Assembly (NCBI RefSeq): GCF_006345805.1
Contig: NC_043021.1
Span: 9,176,001 to 9,240,000, forward strand
Length of the DNA: 64,000 bases
Direction of reading: 5' to 3'
From: Octopus sinensis
Taxonomy: Eukaryota
A model generated the notes under the pieces. The model saw only the letters and a list, made by a program, of their open reading frames with translations. It was not told where the DNA came from and ran no database searches. Shown here in pieces: positions 26,045-38,790 of this stretch. Within the stretch, counting starts at the first letter, position 1. Each line of letters opens with the position of its first letter. The translations under genes and the position numbers were made by a program.

Positions 26045-26293
26045 AAAGGTAAAGATTCCTTCCTGAGTCACACCAATTCATAAGGGCCAGTTTCATGGCA
26101 TATATATATTCCCCACTTGGATGAGACGCCAGTCTGGAGCAGGACTACTCATTTTTGACAGCTGAGTGAATTGGAGCAATGCAAAATGAAGTGTTTTGCC
26201 CAAGAACACAATGCATTGCTCGGTCCAAGAATTGAAACCACAATTTTATGATCATGAGTCCAACACCCTAACCACTAAGACACATGCCTCTAC
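26045..26293 (-). mobile_element. tRNA/CORE-type SINE (family E)
   Basis: GTGTTCTTGGGCAAAACACTTCAT CORE-like block; homologous to 54205-54457. Confidence 0.7.
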
Positions 26294-26299
26294 TATACA

Positions 26300-27801
26300 T
26301 GAAATATTGATACAATATAAAGGACATAATGGAAATTAATATGCACAAGTCAAATTTTGCAACACCTCTACATCACATATGCAAAATGACATTGCTTAAA
26401 TGGCAACCAATTTCAGCTTTGCACACCTGTGCTCTTTCCAAAACTTGCACCATGACATCCTCAAGAGTTTCAGACTTCACTTCTCTGATTTCTCTATTGT
26501 TGGAGATATGCTGTGACAGCAAAGACCCGGGCTGCTTCCTGCACCAGTTCCGCATAGCCCCGGCCCATTCAAAGTACCGTGGATTTCAGAACAATCTGCT
26601 GTGCTTGAGGAGACCTATTGAGTCAAGTACATGAACATCGAAATAAATATCAAATGGAAATAGTAGTCATGATACCTGTGCCGGTGGCACGTAAAAAGCA
26701 CCACCCAAACGTGGCCGATGCCAGCGCCGCCTTGACTGGCTTCTGTGCCGGTGGCATGTAAAAAGCACCAACCGATCGTGGCCGATGCCAGCGCCGCCCT
26801 GACTGGCTTCTGTGCCGGTGGCACATAAAAAACACCCACTACACTCACGGAGTGGCTGGCGTTAGGAAGGGCATCCAGCTGTAGAAACACTGCCAGATCA
26901 GACTGGAGCCTGGTGCAGCCTCCTGGCTTTCCAGACCCCGGTCGAACCGTCCAACCCGTGCTAGCACGGAAAACGGACGTTAAACGATGATGATGTGTTC
27001 CTTAAGTTGTACCAGGGTTTCCAGTTTGTTGGTATAAACCCTCTCTTCCAGGTATCCCCACAAGAATAAACCTGGGCTCGTCAAGTTTGGGGAACATGAA
27101 GGCCAGTCGACATTGCTGTAGTGGGAGATTATTCTCTCTCCAAAGCACTGCCGTAACAACTGCATTGTTTCTCTTGTGGTATGAGCAGTTGCCCCATTTT
27201 GCTGGAACCATGTCTGAGGTCTACTTTGAATTGGCTGGGTGCAAAAAGGCCTCAATCATGGACACCTGAAAGAGAGGATTTACGTCAACAAACTGGAGAC
27301 CCTGGTGCAACTGAAGGAGAACATCAATAGAGAAATCAGAAGTGGGGTCTGAAACTCTCGTGAGTGTTATAGTACAGTGCAAGTTTTGGAAAGCGTACGG
27401 GCATGCAAAGCTGAAAATTAGTATTTAAACCGGCCATATCCGGCCAAAATAGTTAATCTGTTTTATGTTCAAACTGACCAGATCCAGGCTCTCACACCTA
27501 CCCTACAATGTTATTCTACATTAAGTAATTACATCATGAAGATCTTGAAGATATGAGATAATGCATGATTAATTCAAATCAATGGGAATCAATAGGCATT
27601 ATGTTTGATTGAATAATCTGAATGCTAAAGGGTTAAGCAATGTCATTTTTCATATGTGATGCAGCAGTGTTGCAAAATTTCACTTGTGCATATTAATTTC
27701 CATTATGTCTTTTATATTGTATCAAAATTTCATGCATCTATTTGTAAAGTTAAGGAAGTTATTAAAAATTGAAATCCATCAGTGACTTTTGGGACACCCT
27801 G
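26300..27801. mobile_element. Two oppositely oriented fragments of a DD41D (rosa/Visitor-type) Tc1/mariner element, with a family B insert (26525-26995) and a TTAA MITE (~27418-27636)
   Basis: WFQQ(N)GATAH...WPSCSPNLTSP(G)LFLWGYL with 41 residues between the decayed catalytic positions; terminus TTTTGGGACACCCTG at ~27787-27801. Confidence 0.75.
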
Positions 27802-28044
27802 CATATTTATAGAGAGACGGAAAGATTTATTGCCCTACCTTATATTGGTACGATTCAGTCTGACCCCCAAAAACTGATATTGCCAATTGGCATTATTGTG
27901 CTGTAGCTAGCATAATAGAATCGGAGCTTTTATATCCATATTCAAAACGTTTCCTGTAAATGAACATACGGTGTATATAAATCTTTATATACATGTGAGA
28001 GATAGATAGATACATAAGTGTTATGCATATATATAAATTTATAT

Positions 28045-28411
28045 ACTCTTTACTCTTTTACTTGTTTCAGTCATTTGACTGCAGCCATGCTGGAGCACTG
28101 CCTTTAATCGAGCAAATCGACCCCGGGACTTATTCTTTGTAAGCCTAGTACTTATTCTATCGGTCTCTTTTGCCAAACCACTAACTGACGGGGACATAAA
28201 CACACCAACATCGGTTGTCAAGCAATGCTAGGGGGACAAACACAGACACACAAACATACACACACACACATATATATATACACACATATATATATACGAC
28301 AGGCTTCTTTCAGTTTCTGTCTACCAAATCCACTCACAAGGCTTTGGTTGGCCCGAGGCTATAGTAGAAGACACTTGCCCAAGCTACTTACCACACAGCC
28401 ACTCCTGCGCC
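28045..28411 (-). mobile_element. SINE family A
   Basis: Match to A consensus, with an internal deletion in the head. Confidence 0.88.
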
Positions 28412-28633
28412 TATATATGTGTTATATATATATAAATCTATATACATGTGTTATATGTATATAAATCTATATAGCGATATATGTATATATAAATCTATAA
28501 TTAAATATTTATAAATCTATATATATAGAGGTTATGCACATATATAAATCTATGTTATGGATATAAAGGTTATGCACATATAGCGGTTACGCACATATAT
28601 AAATCTATGTTATGGATATAAAATCTATACATA

Positions 28634-29147
28634 TCTATATATATAAAACTGCAGTTGTGTGAGTGTCTGTCCCCTTCGATTTAGATTCCTAACTACTCCC
28701 ACATTTTGCGGTGCAGTTTAACCAAATTCGGGTATCTTATAGTCGTGATTCATATCGAGCCCGTCTGAGTATTAGCGCACGTCTACGATGAGTCTACGAT
28801 TTTAAAAATAATTTAACATCATTTTTTATTCCATTTTAATGCATAATTTTTCGTGTGTCGATGGTGGCGGAGTTGGCGTCCACGGTCACACCTGCACCTG
28901 TGTTGCTTCTCCCCCTTCTTCCCTCCCTCGTGAAGCTGTGGGGAAGGGAGTGTAAGGAAATCAACGTTGTAAACCGTTGTCAAGGAGACCAGCGTTCTTT
29001 TAGAACAACGACTTCATGGCTTGAAGACACCAAAACAGAAATGGCTAAGAAAGCCCGAATTGGCATCTATAAGGGAAGTAACTCTCTAAAAATGCTTATA
29101 TAGTTATTTCCCTTACAAACCCGAACAACGCCGGGCGATACTGCTAG
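28634..29147 (+). mobile_element. Non-autonomous Helitron
   Basis: A|TC start; CCCGAACAACGCCGGG hairpin then CTAG|T; homolog of 13029-13537. Confidence 0.85.
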
Positions 29148-29183
29148 TGTATATATAAATCCAAAAGAATGTGTTATGTATGT

Positions 29184-29818
29184 TCTTTTATTTGCTTCAG
29201 TCATTTGATTGGGGCCATGCTGGGGCACTGCCTTGAAGGGTTTTTAGTTGAAGAAATTGACCCCAGGACTTATTCTTTGTAAATGTAGTACTTATTCTAC
29301 CAGTCTCTTTTGCTGAACCGCTAAGTTACAGGGACGTAAACACACCAACATCAGCTATCAAGTGATGGTGGGGGGGGGGGGGACAAACACAGACACAAAC
29401 ATATCTTACTCTTTTACTTGTTTCAGTCATTTGACTGTGGCCATGCTGGAACACCACCTTTCAGTCGGAGAAATTGACCCCTGGACTTATTCTTTGTAAG
29501 CCTGCTGCTTATTCTGTCAGTGTCTTCTGCCAAACTGCTATGTTATGGGGGTGGGGGCGCAAACACAAACATCAATTGTCAAGCAATGGTAGTGGTGGTG
29601 GTGGTGGAGGTAAATACAGACGCTAACACACACACACATAAATAAATATAAACATATATGACAGGCTTCTTTCAGTTTCCATCTACCAAATCCACTCACA
29701 AAGCTTTGGTTGGCCTGAGGCTATGGTAGAAGACACCTGCCCAAGGTGCCACACAGTGGGACTGAACCAGGAATCGTGGTTGCTAAGCAAGCTACTAATC
29801 ACACAGCCACTCCTGCAC
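29184..29818 (-). mobile_element. Two older SINE A copies
   Basis: Diverged matches to A consensus. Confidence 0.8.
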
Positions 29819-29852
29819 TTATTTATATATATACATTTATCTATCTATCTAT

Positions 29853-30380
29853 CTATCCGCTCAGTCGAGGTCGACTCTCGGTTACTCGATGGATCAGTGT
29901 CCTCCAGTCAGTTCTATCCTGGGCCGCTTCTTTCAGATTGGCTATGTCCATTCCGGTATCACTCTTGGTGTCAAGCCAGCGGGTTCTTGTTCGGCCTCTT
30001 CCTCTCTTGCCACTGACCATTCCGAGCATGATGTCCTTCTCCAGGGATTTTCTCCGCATAATATGACCAAAATATGCCAATCTATGCTTGGTGATCCTAG
30101 CTTCTAGCGACATTTTCGGCCTGATCTGCTTAAGAACTTCTCCATTGGTGAGCCTCGCTGTCCATGGAATCCGTAAAAGTCTTCTCCAACACCAAAGCTC
30201 AAATGCATTAATTCTCTTCTGGTCAGCTTTCTTTAGTGTCCAGGTCTCGCATCCAAATGTTGCTATTGGGAAGACAATTGCATTCACCAATCTGCATTTG
30301 GTAGCGAGTCTGATGTCTCTACTTTTCCAGACCCTGCTCATGCTGACCATTGCCTCTTTGCTTAGTACTATCCGCCGTCT
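29853..30380 (-). mobile_element. 5'-truncated RTE (BovB-like) LINE, ORF C-terminus still open
   Basis: KCRLVNAIVFPIATFGCETWTLKK...INAFELWCWRRLLRIPWTAR...YFGHIMR..SLEKDIMLG...RGR...RW; ends in (TAGA)n. Confidence 0.92.
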
Positions 30381-30869
30381 TATATATATACAAATAAGTA
30401 ACAAGGATGTCCAAGTACCAATGCATTACGGCTGTTTCAAGCGGTTCTATTTAGTTGATCAATGAAAACATTACATCAATTTGAAGGAAACCACTTTCGT
30501 CATATGTAGATGACCATATATAGATTTCCAATATAAAGGATAAGCCATTTTTAGCAAATTTATATCGGTACTAGAAACCAAAATAATTACATTGTTTCCT
30601 TATGTTATATTTATGGTAGAATGAATTTAGAGAATAATGCATATCTTATTCAACCTATTATAATTTAGAGGGTAGCTGAGGAAAATAGTAGGGTGACAAG
30701 ATATTAGAAAGGGGAGGTAGTTATCTTAAAAAATTTTTAATCATAAGATTTTATGTGGCATATAGTCTACAACCATTTAGAGAAATTAATATCAACCATT
30801 TAGAATTAAATCTATTGAGAGAAATTAATATCAGACCCTTATTTTACTGGAACCATATATCTAGCTTGC

Positions 30870-31140
30870 TAGTGCCGCTGGACTGGCTCCTGTGCAGGTG
30901 GCATGTAAAAAAACACCATTTGAGCGTGGCCGTTGCCAGTACAGCCTGACTGGCCCTTGTGCCGGTGGCACGTAAAAGCACCCACTACACTCTCGGAGTG
31001 GTTGGCGTTAGGAAGGGCATCCAGCTGTAGAAACTCTGCCAGATCAGATTGAAGGCTGGTGCAGCCATCTGGTTCACCAGTCCTCAGTCAAATCGTCCAA
31101 CCCATGCTAGCATGGAAAGCGGATTTTAAACGATGATCAT
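30870..31140 (+). mobile_element. Family B copy
   Basis: B core and tail. Confidence 0.85.
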
Positions 31141-31655
31141 CATCATCATCTACATAAAAAGATAGGTCTCAGGGCTGCTAGTGAGAGGATGACTGATGGG
31201 GAAGAGGTGATAACTTGCATGAAGGAAGGATAGGGGTGGCTAGTACTTATTTAGATTACCAAATAAAAGGGAAATATAGAGAAAAAACAAAAGAGGTAAA
31301 AATAATCTCTAAGGGTGGGAATTAGAATTGAGGGATACGGGATGTAGTAATTCATAACTTAGCAAATTTATTATATCAAATTTAGAAAAGAATTTTAGAT
31401 CAATATATAGGAAAAGAATAGAAATTAAACTTAAACCTAATAATAGGGTGCTTTGATATATAAAGTTCATAAGGCCTTTCTTAAATATAGTTATGGTGGT
31501 CATGATAAAACCATTCCACAATGGATTTATAAATGAATTAAATTATCATCTGAGTAGGAGTATATGTGCGGACTATACCGAACTAGCTCAGTGCCACAAT
31601 TTAATTACCTGATTCAACTGAATCTTAATTTTATATGTATGTATGTATGTGTGTG

Positions 31656-31691
<36 letters not shown>

Positions 31692-31696
<5 letters not shown>

Positions 31697-31910
31697 CGGG
31701 AAGCTTTATGAAAATAAACAAAAGACGAAGGCAGGTGGAATACAAACAAACAATTGTATTAGTGTGGCGCTCAGGAATATAAATAAAACAAGTCTTTTAC
31801 ATTTCGAGCCTCTGCTCTTCAACAGAAAGATACACAGAAAAGAAACACAGAAAGAAACGAGGAGAGAAAAAAAATGCGTGCAGAGGCTAGCGAATCAACA
31901 TGGCGATCTG
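31692..31910 (-). repeat. Short Penelope-terminal-repeat-like element with hammerhead-like motif
   Basis: Homologous to 42975-43145 and 25210-25335; CTGTTGAAGAG-N6-CTCGAAA motif. Confidence 0.55.
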
Positions 31911-31929
31911 ATATATATATATATATGAG

Positions 31930-32210
31930 TGACAACCTGGCCACTGGTGGTGGTGTAACACACCATACTAATCATAACTGTCGGGCATGTGGAAGAGAGT
32001 GTAATTCAGCAGGAGGACTTAAACGACATGCAAAGGTACATGAAGCCCAGTTACAACTACAGCCGGCTATTACCAGTAAAGGTCTTAGTTGTCAATTTTG
32101 TACAAGACATTATAGATTTTTAGCTGAGCTAAAAAGTCACATTCGATCACAGCACCAGTAACAGTTAAGCTTCATGCAATGGCCGTACTCGATAACGAGG
32201 GGGCAGCCAT
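31930..32210 (+). mobile_element. Two C2H2-like zinc fingers, probably the ORF terminus of a truncated RTE-group LINE
   Basis: CRACGRECNSAGGLKRHAKVH...CQFC...LKSHIRSQH* flanked by microsatellites; no splice context. Confidence 0.55.
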
Positions 32211-33024
32211 AATATATATATATAATATACATACATACACACATATATGTATATCTCTATATAGATATGGTGACATAAGGAAGTGCATCCAGCAGTTGAA
32301 GCCCACTAAATGAAATTAGAGGTGCACCTCACAAGCTTGCCAGCTCTGGTCAAGCTGTCCAACCCATGCCAGCATGGAAAACAAACGTTAAAGGATGGTG
32401 ATGACGTGTGTGTATTGTCTCTATACACATCACCATCAACTTTAATGAACACTTTTCCATGGTTGCAGGCGTCAAATGGAGTTGGCTGAGGCTGATCTCC
32501 TGCAGATGGATACCCTTCTTGCCACCAGCGCTCACTTGTTAATATTTCCCATGGCTGAACATGTTTTCAGGGAAGATCAGGAAAAATTGTCACCACTCAT
32601 ATGATGGTAACACTTGACAACGGCACTGGCAACGACCTTGCTCAAATGTTTTTCACGTGCCAGTAAGGCGATGCAGGTAACGATCACGCTCGAATGGTGC
32701 TTTTTACACTGGCACACTTCTGAATTTCATTAGCTTACAGATAGTTCTGTTATAAGACGCAGTGAACACATAGCCGAGTGCCTAAAAAACATAGCATCAA
32801 CGGAGCCTCGAATATGAAGTGGCGTTGACCAAAATAATGTTTGTGTGTGTGAATATCATTTTCGTCAAGTCAGTCTCTTGTTACTCTGAGTTTCACCTGT
32901 TGGTGCATGGGATCTTCACGCAAATTATGGCTGAAGATCCTGTACACTCACAAGTGGAACTGACCTGATGCTTGATGAAAATAAAATATTAATCTCTGTC
33001 ATGTTATTGAGTACTCTTTATTCA

Positions 33025-33393
33025 GACACGTAAAAAGCACCATTTGAGCGTGATCGTTGCCTTACTTGGCACTTGTGCCGGTGTCACATGAACAAAACAT
33101 TCGAACGAGGTCATTGCCAGAGCTGCTGGACTGACTCCTGTGCAGGTGGCATGTAAAAAACACCATTTGAATGTGGCCGTTGCCAGTATCGCCAGACTGG
33201 CCCACGTGCCACTGGCACATAAAAGCACCCACTACAATCTTGGAGTGGTAGGCCTTAGGAAGGGCATCCAGCTGTAGAAACTCAGCCAGATCAGATTGGA
33301 GCCTGGTGCAGCCATCTGGTTCGCCAGTCCTCAGTAAAATCGTCCAACCCATGCTAGCATGGAAAGCGGACATTAAACGATGATGATGATGAT
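33025..33393 (+). mobile_element. Family B copy
   Basis: Subrepeats, core and (GAT)n tail. Confidence 0.85.
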
Positions 33394-33429
33394 TAACATT
33401 AAACGTTTGTGTGTGTGTGTGTGTGTAGA

Positions 33430-33912
33430 CTCCCTCAAATGCTCTAAATAGCTTCTGTTACCTAGGCAACCAAGTTAGCAGTGGAGGAGGAAGTTCTGAA
33501 AGGGTAGCTGCGAGAATAAGAACAGGCTGGGCAAAGTTCAGAGAGCTTCTACTTTCGTCGGTAACTAAGGGCTTCTCCCTCAGAGTGAAAGGCAGATTGT
33601 ATGATACCTGTGTAAGTACAGCTATGCTACATGGTGGTGTAATTTGGACTGACTACGAGAAGACTTGTGAAGGCTCGAAAGAAATAAATAAATCTAGCAT
33701 GTTCCACTGGATGGGTAATGTCAGTGTGCACACGCAACAGAGTGTAAGTGATTTGTGAAGAAAACTAAGTATAAGAGGCATCAGATGTTGTGTGCAAGAG
33801 AGAAGACTGCACTGGTTTGGGTAATGTGATGCATATCGATGAGGACAGCTGTGTAAAGAAGGGCTGGGTTCTAATTGTGGAGGAAACCTGTGGAAGCAGG
33901 TAAACCCAGGAA

Positions 33913-33913
<1 letters not shown>
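33430..33913 (+). mobile_element. Decayed RTE LINE ORF fragment
   Basis: LRVKGRLYDTCVSTAML...RLER...MFHWMGNVS...RRLHWFG; homologous fragment at ~50840-51025. Confidence 0.75.
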
Positions 33914-33947
<34 letters not shown>

Positions 33948-34340
33948 TGTGTACAGTGCTCAGGTGCACTACAACTCATCTAAAGGTGTAGTTTCGGCGG
34001 ATTTCGGAAAGCATGAGGGCCTTAAAGGATGCTGTGTTATGGCAGTCAACAACTGACGCAGGCAGTTTATTCCATGCTTCAGCAACTCTGAGCGTGAAAA
34101 AATGTTTCCGAAAGTCATGGGAGCTGTATTGTTTTCTGACTTTGTAGGCATGTCCACGTGTTAGACACATGGAGATCAAAAAGGTGTTCAGTGTTGTTGT
34201 TGGTGAGGTGGTTGATAACTTTGTGGGTGTTTACCAAGTCCGTCGCCAGACGCCGGAGCTTCAGTGAATCCAAGCCCAGGGAAAGAAGGCGCTCAGAATA
34301 TGGTAGGTGTCTGATGGAGGGTATGCGTTTGGTTGCACGT
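33914..34340 (-). mobile_element. CR1-type LINE 3' end with (ATT)n tail
   Basis: RATKRIP...LPYSERL..LGLDSLKLRRL..DL...RGH.YK...RKHFFTLRV..AWNKLP..VV. Confidence 0.88.
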
Positions 34341-34810
34341 GAGAAAGGATGCCAGGCGTCACTGGGGAAATGACAAGGGACACGGAATTGTGTTTTGCTA
34401 TACTTAAGAAAACACATCAAGTAAAATCACTGCTTTCGAGACATACAGGCTTGTCCTTTACAAGTACCAGTGGCGCATAAAATGCACTCGTGCGCTGGTG
34501 GCACGTGATATGCATCCAGTGCACTTTTGTAAAGTGGTTGGCGTCAGGAAGGACATCCAGCCATAGAAACCATGGCACAAGAGACAATTGGAGTCTGGTC
34601 AGCTCCTCCCGGTTAGCCAGCTCCTGTTCAACTGTCCAACCCATGCCAGCATGGAAAACAGACGTTGAACGATGATGATTGAGATATATATATATATGTG
34701 TGTGTGTGTGTATTACACGCATGCAGTGAATTGGAAGAGAAATGAAGAGAAATATAGGCTATAACTGGTGAGTTTTTATAGGCTTTATCAAAAACTCTTC
34801 CCAAATATTT

Positions 34811-34869
<59 letters not shown>

Positions 34870-35507
34870 CACACATGCACACTAATAACACACACACATG
34901 TATATAGCCAACATTTGTTGAGCGCCATACATGAAGCTGACTTTTGTAACTTTTGCTGGTTAACACAAACACACACATACACACAGGTGAAAATTCCAAA
35001 GTGAATATTGCTACGGCTGTGTCTCTCCCGAATGCTAAAAGTAGAAGCCAAAGTTCCTTTGAATCACATCCGACAACCTTTTAATAAACAAATAATAATA
35101 ATAGTAGTAGTAGCAGCAGCAGCAGTAGTAGTCTGTTCAATAACCACACCTTAGTGGTTTTTCGAACAGCACACAACCACTCCAAATTTTCTAAAAAAAA
35201 TATCGCTTCTGTACCACATTGGATAATATTAGGAATAGTATGTTGTTTACATTAGTAATAGCGCTTCTATAAAAACAAAAAAATTAAAAAAAGAGACTCA
35301 AGGCACAGAGCGGCAGGGGGGAAAATTGTATAACAGAATTAAGTTGAACTCTTGTATTTTGACTGCTACGTTAGTTGAGCAGCCCCCTAAAAAAAGCCAT
35401 AGGAATTGACCTGGGAGAATTTGAACTCAGAGCGTAAAGGGGCGTAACTAAATATTTCAAAGGCTTTAAACGAGGTACATTTATTTTTTTTAAAATTATA
35501 TATACAC

Positions 35508-35540
<33 letters not shown>

Positions 35541-36209
35541 ATACTCTACTATACGCACACACGCGCGCGCGCATGTGTGTGTGTCTGTGTATTATAATGG
35601 CATAGTTGCTTGTAATTATTGGTTCTAGTCATTGAATTAGCGGTCATGCTGGGGCACCTTTAAAGAGTTCCCTGTCGACCAGATCTCATTTCAATTATTA
35701 GGTGCACTTCTTTTATCGACCACTATTTATTTGGCTATTTATTTGTTGAACGATTTGAGATGCGTGTATACATATACATATATATATATGTATGTATGTA
35801 TGTTGTCGTCTGGCCTCATATCGGCTGATATGAGGCTAAACAAACCGACCTATGATCAGATATGCTTCGTTCGATAACCACACCGTCTTGTTTTCAAACA
35901 TATTGGATAATATGTCTAAGGAAAATGAATGTCTTGTATAAAGACAGCCGGGTCGGCGGAGATTTGGCTGGGTTTTTTTTTATTTTTCTTCAAGCAACTA
36001 CATGGAGGTTACCTTGTTGGTTTCGTTTCTTTGACTTAGTTCCACTGTTGTAAGGAAGCAACAAATAATGGGACAAGTAATATTAGTTTCGAAAATAACC
36101 CCTCCAAATATATCAAGCATTTCTTCCCAGAGAAAGAAGAGGGAAAAATTAGGAAGAAAAATGGAAAAATAATGATACTGCGACAAGACCCACCACCACC
36201 ACCACAACC

Positions 36210-36541
36210 AAAAAATAAAATACCTATTTCTTTATTAACCACAAGGGGTTAAAACATAGAAGGGGACAAACAAGGACAGACATAGGTATCAAGTCGATTA
36301 CATCGACCCCCAGTGCGTAACTGGTACTTAATTTATCGACCCCGAAAGGATGAAAGGCAAAGTCGACCAAAAAATAAAATACCTATTTCTTTATTAACCC
36401 TAAGGGGCTAAACATAGAGGGGGACAAACAAGGACAGACATAGGTATCAAGTCGATTACATCGACCCCCAGTGCGTAACTGGTACTTAATTTATCGACCT
36501 CGAAAGGATGAAAGGCAAAGTCGACCAAAAAATAAAATACC
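36210..36541 (-). mobile_element. Tandem pair of truncated SINE C units
   Basis: Two ~158-bp units bounded by CCAAAAAATAAAATACC, which occurs three times. Confidence 0.85.
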
Positions 36542-36885
36542 AAGTTTGTTAATGAATTATTTTTACGGTGTGTATATAATTATTGTACAGTGTGTATATA
36601 TACAATTATTTTATACTATATGCACACAATTATGCTATATAGTGTGGACAATTAAGCTATAATAATAGCGCAGATAATTTTTGTTACAATATTATATATA
36701 TAAATGACCGTTTTATATATATATATAATGCGGACATAAACAGCAAAACATAAATAATATTATAAGATAAGAAGAAGAAGGAAGCGGCTTTTGAGTAATT
36801 AATAAGAAATGCATTGATGAAAAAAAAACGTATGTGGATAGAGAGAGAAAAAAGGAACAAACACCTTTTTGCTTCATTTTCTTAC

Positions 36886-37250
36886 CTGAAAAAATTTGAC
36901 ATTTTTTCGGTGGTAATGTTCTATGAAATTGTCCGACTTCTCAATTAATACAGACAGAGAATGCAGCAGAACAAACCATGTCTTCTATTTTTCGCTCCTC
37001 TTCCACTTAAATTGGTGATGATGATGATGGATATTGTATTGAAGAATATTTCTTTATAGCAGACTGTTATTGTTGTTGCTGGTGAAATTGTTGTTGTTTT
37101 TGTCGTTGTTGTTGTTATAAAAAAGTGAGAAGAGAAGAGAAGGTGAGTCTATAAAGTAAAGTGTTTGAAATACCAGAGAAATATCGGAAAGACGCGGTTA
37201 GTACGGTCGTATAGTGGTGGCTGACACGAGTTGTTTATCTTGATCAGAAG
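36886..37250 (-). other. Candidate first exon / promoter-proximal region of a minus-strand transcript
   Basis: Strong minus-strand donor CAG|GTAAG at 36886/36885 in unique sequence; CpG-containing patch ~37180-37230; 5' boundary unknown. Confidence 0.35.
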
Positions 37251-37299
37251 CACAGTGGAAGGAAGGGAGGAGAGAGAAAAATGTGTGAGAGAGAGAGAG

Positions 37300-38230
37300 A
37301 CAGGGAGGGGAGGAAGCGATAGTGAGTGCGAAAGACAGAGGGGGAAGCGATAGTGAGTGTGTTAGAGAGAGAGAGAGAGAGAGGGGGAAAGCGATAGTGA
37401 GTGAGAAAGAGAAGAAAGTGATATTGAGCGAGTGAGTGAATGTGTTAGAGAGAGAGAGAAAGAAAGTGATATGAGCGAGTGAGTGAGTGTTAGAGAGAGA
37501 GAGAAAAAGCGATAGTGAGTGAGAAAGAGATATTGAGCGAGTGAGTGATGTGTTAGAGAGAGAGAGGGAAAGCGATAGTGAGTGAGAAAGAGAAAGAAAG
37601 TGATATTGAGCGAGTGAGTGAATGTGTTAGAGAGAGAGAGAAAGAAAGTGATATGAGCGAGTGAGTGAGTGTTAGAGAGAGAGAGAGAGAGAGAAAGAAA
37701 GTGATATTGAGCGAGTGAGTGAATGTGTTAGAGAGAGAGAGGGAAAGCGATAGTGAGTGAGAGAGAAAGAGAAAGAAAGTGATATTGAGCGAGTGAGTGA
37801 GTGAATGTGTTAGAGAGAGAGAGAGGGAAAGCGATAGTGAGTGAGAAAGAGAAAGAAAGTGATATTGAGCGAGTGAGTGAATGTGTTAGAGAGAGAGAGG
37901 GAAAGCGATAGTGAGTGAGAAAGAGAAAGAAAGTGATATTGAGCGAGTGAGTGAATGTGTTAGAGAGAGAGAGGGAAAGCGATAGTGAGTGAGAAAGAGA
38001 AAGAAAGTGATATTGAGCGAGTGAGTGAATGTGTTAGAGAGAGAGAGGGAAAGCGATAGTGAGTGAGAAAGAGATATTGAGCGAGTGAGTGAGTGTTAGA
38101 GAGAGAGAGAGAAAGAAAGTGATATTGAGCGAGTGAGTGAGTGTGTTAGAGAGAGAGAAGAAGCGATAGTGAGGGTGTTAGAGAGAGAGAGAGAGAGAGA
38201 AAAAGCGATAGTGAGTGAAGAGGGTGGGAG
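37300..38230. repeat. GA-rich minisatellite, ~74-bp variable unit
   Basis: GATATTGAGCGAGTGAGT recurs at 37861, 37935, 38009 and elsewhere. Confidence 0.9.
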
Positions 38231-38329
38231 AGAGAGAGAGAGAGGAAGATAGTCAGTGAAAGAGGTGAAAAGATAATTAAAGAGAACAGGAAGAGGTGAA
38301 TAAATAGAGGAGAATATAAAATTAGAGGA

Positions 38330-38790
38330 AGGTAAATAGAGCAAGATATAAACAGAGGAGAAAAGAAATAGAGCAGGTTATAAAGGGAGGGAGGGAGAAA
38401 TAAAAGAGGGAAATAGAACGGTATATAAAGAGAGGGGAGCCAAATATAGAGAGAGGAATAAATAGAGCAAGATATAAAGGGAGGGGGAGAGAAATAAAAG
38501 AGGGGAATAGAACGGTATATAAAGAGAGGGGAGACAAATATAGAGAGAGGAATAAATAGAGCAAGATATAAAGGGAGTGGGAGAGAAATAAAAGAGGGGA
38601 ATAGAACGGTATATAAAGAGAGGGGAGACAAATATAGAGAGAGGAATAAATAGAGCAAGATATAAAGGGAGGGGGAGAGAAATAAAAGAGGGGAATAGAA
38701 CGGTATATAAAGAGAGTGGAGACAAATATAGAGAGAGGAATAAATAGAGCAAGATATAAAGGGGGAGGGAGAGAAAAACAGAGAGGTGAA
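38330..38790. repeat. Purine-rich minisatellite, 94-bp unit, about five copies
   Basis: GAACGGTATA at 38416, 38510, 38604 and 38698. Confidence 0.92.

Noticed and set aside
31874-32161. Host C2H2 zinc-finger gene
   Set aside because: No TGEKP linkers or splice sites, and flanked by microsatellites; fits a LINE ORF terminus better.
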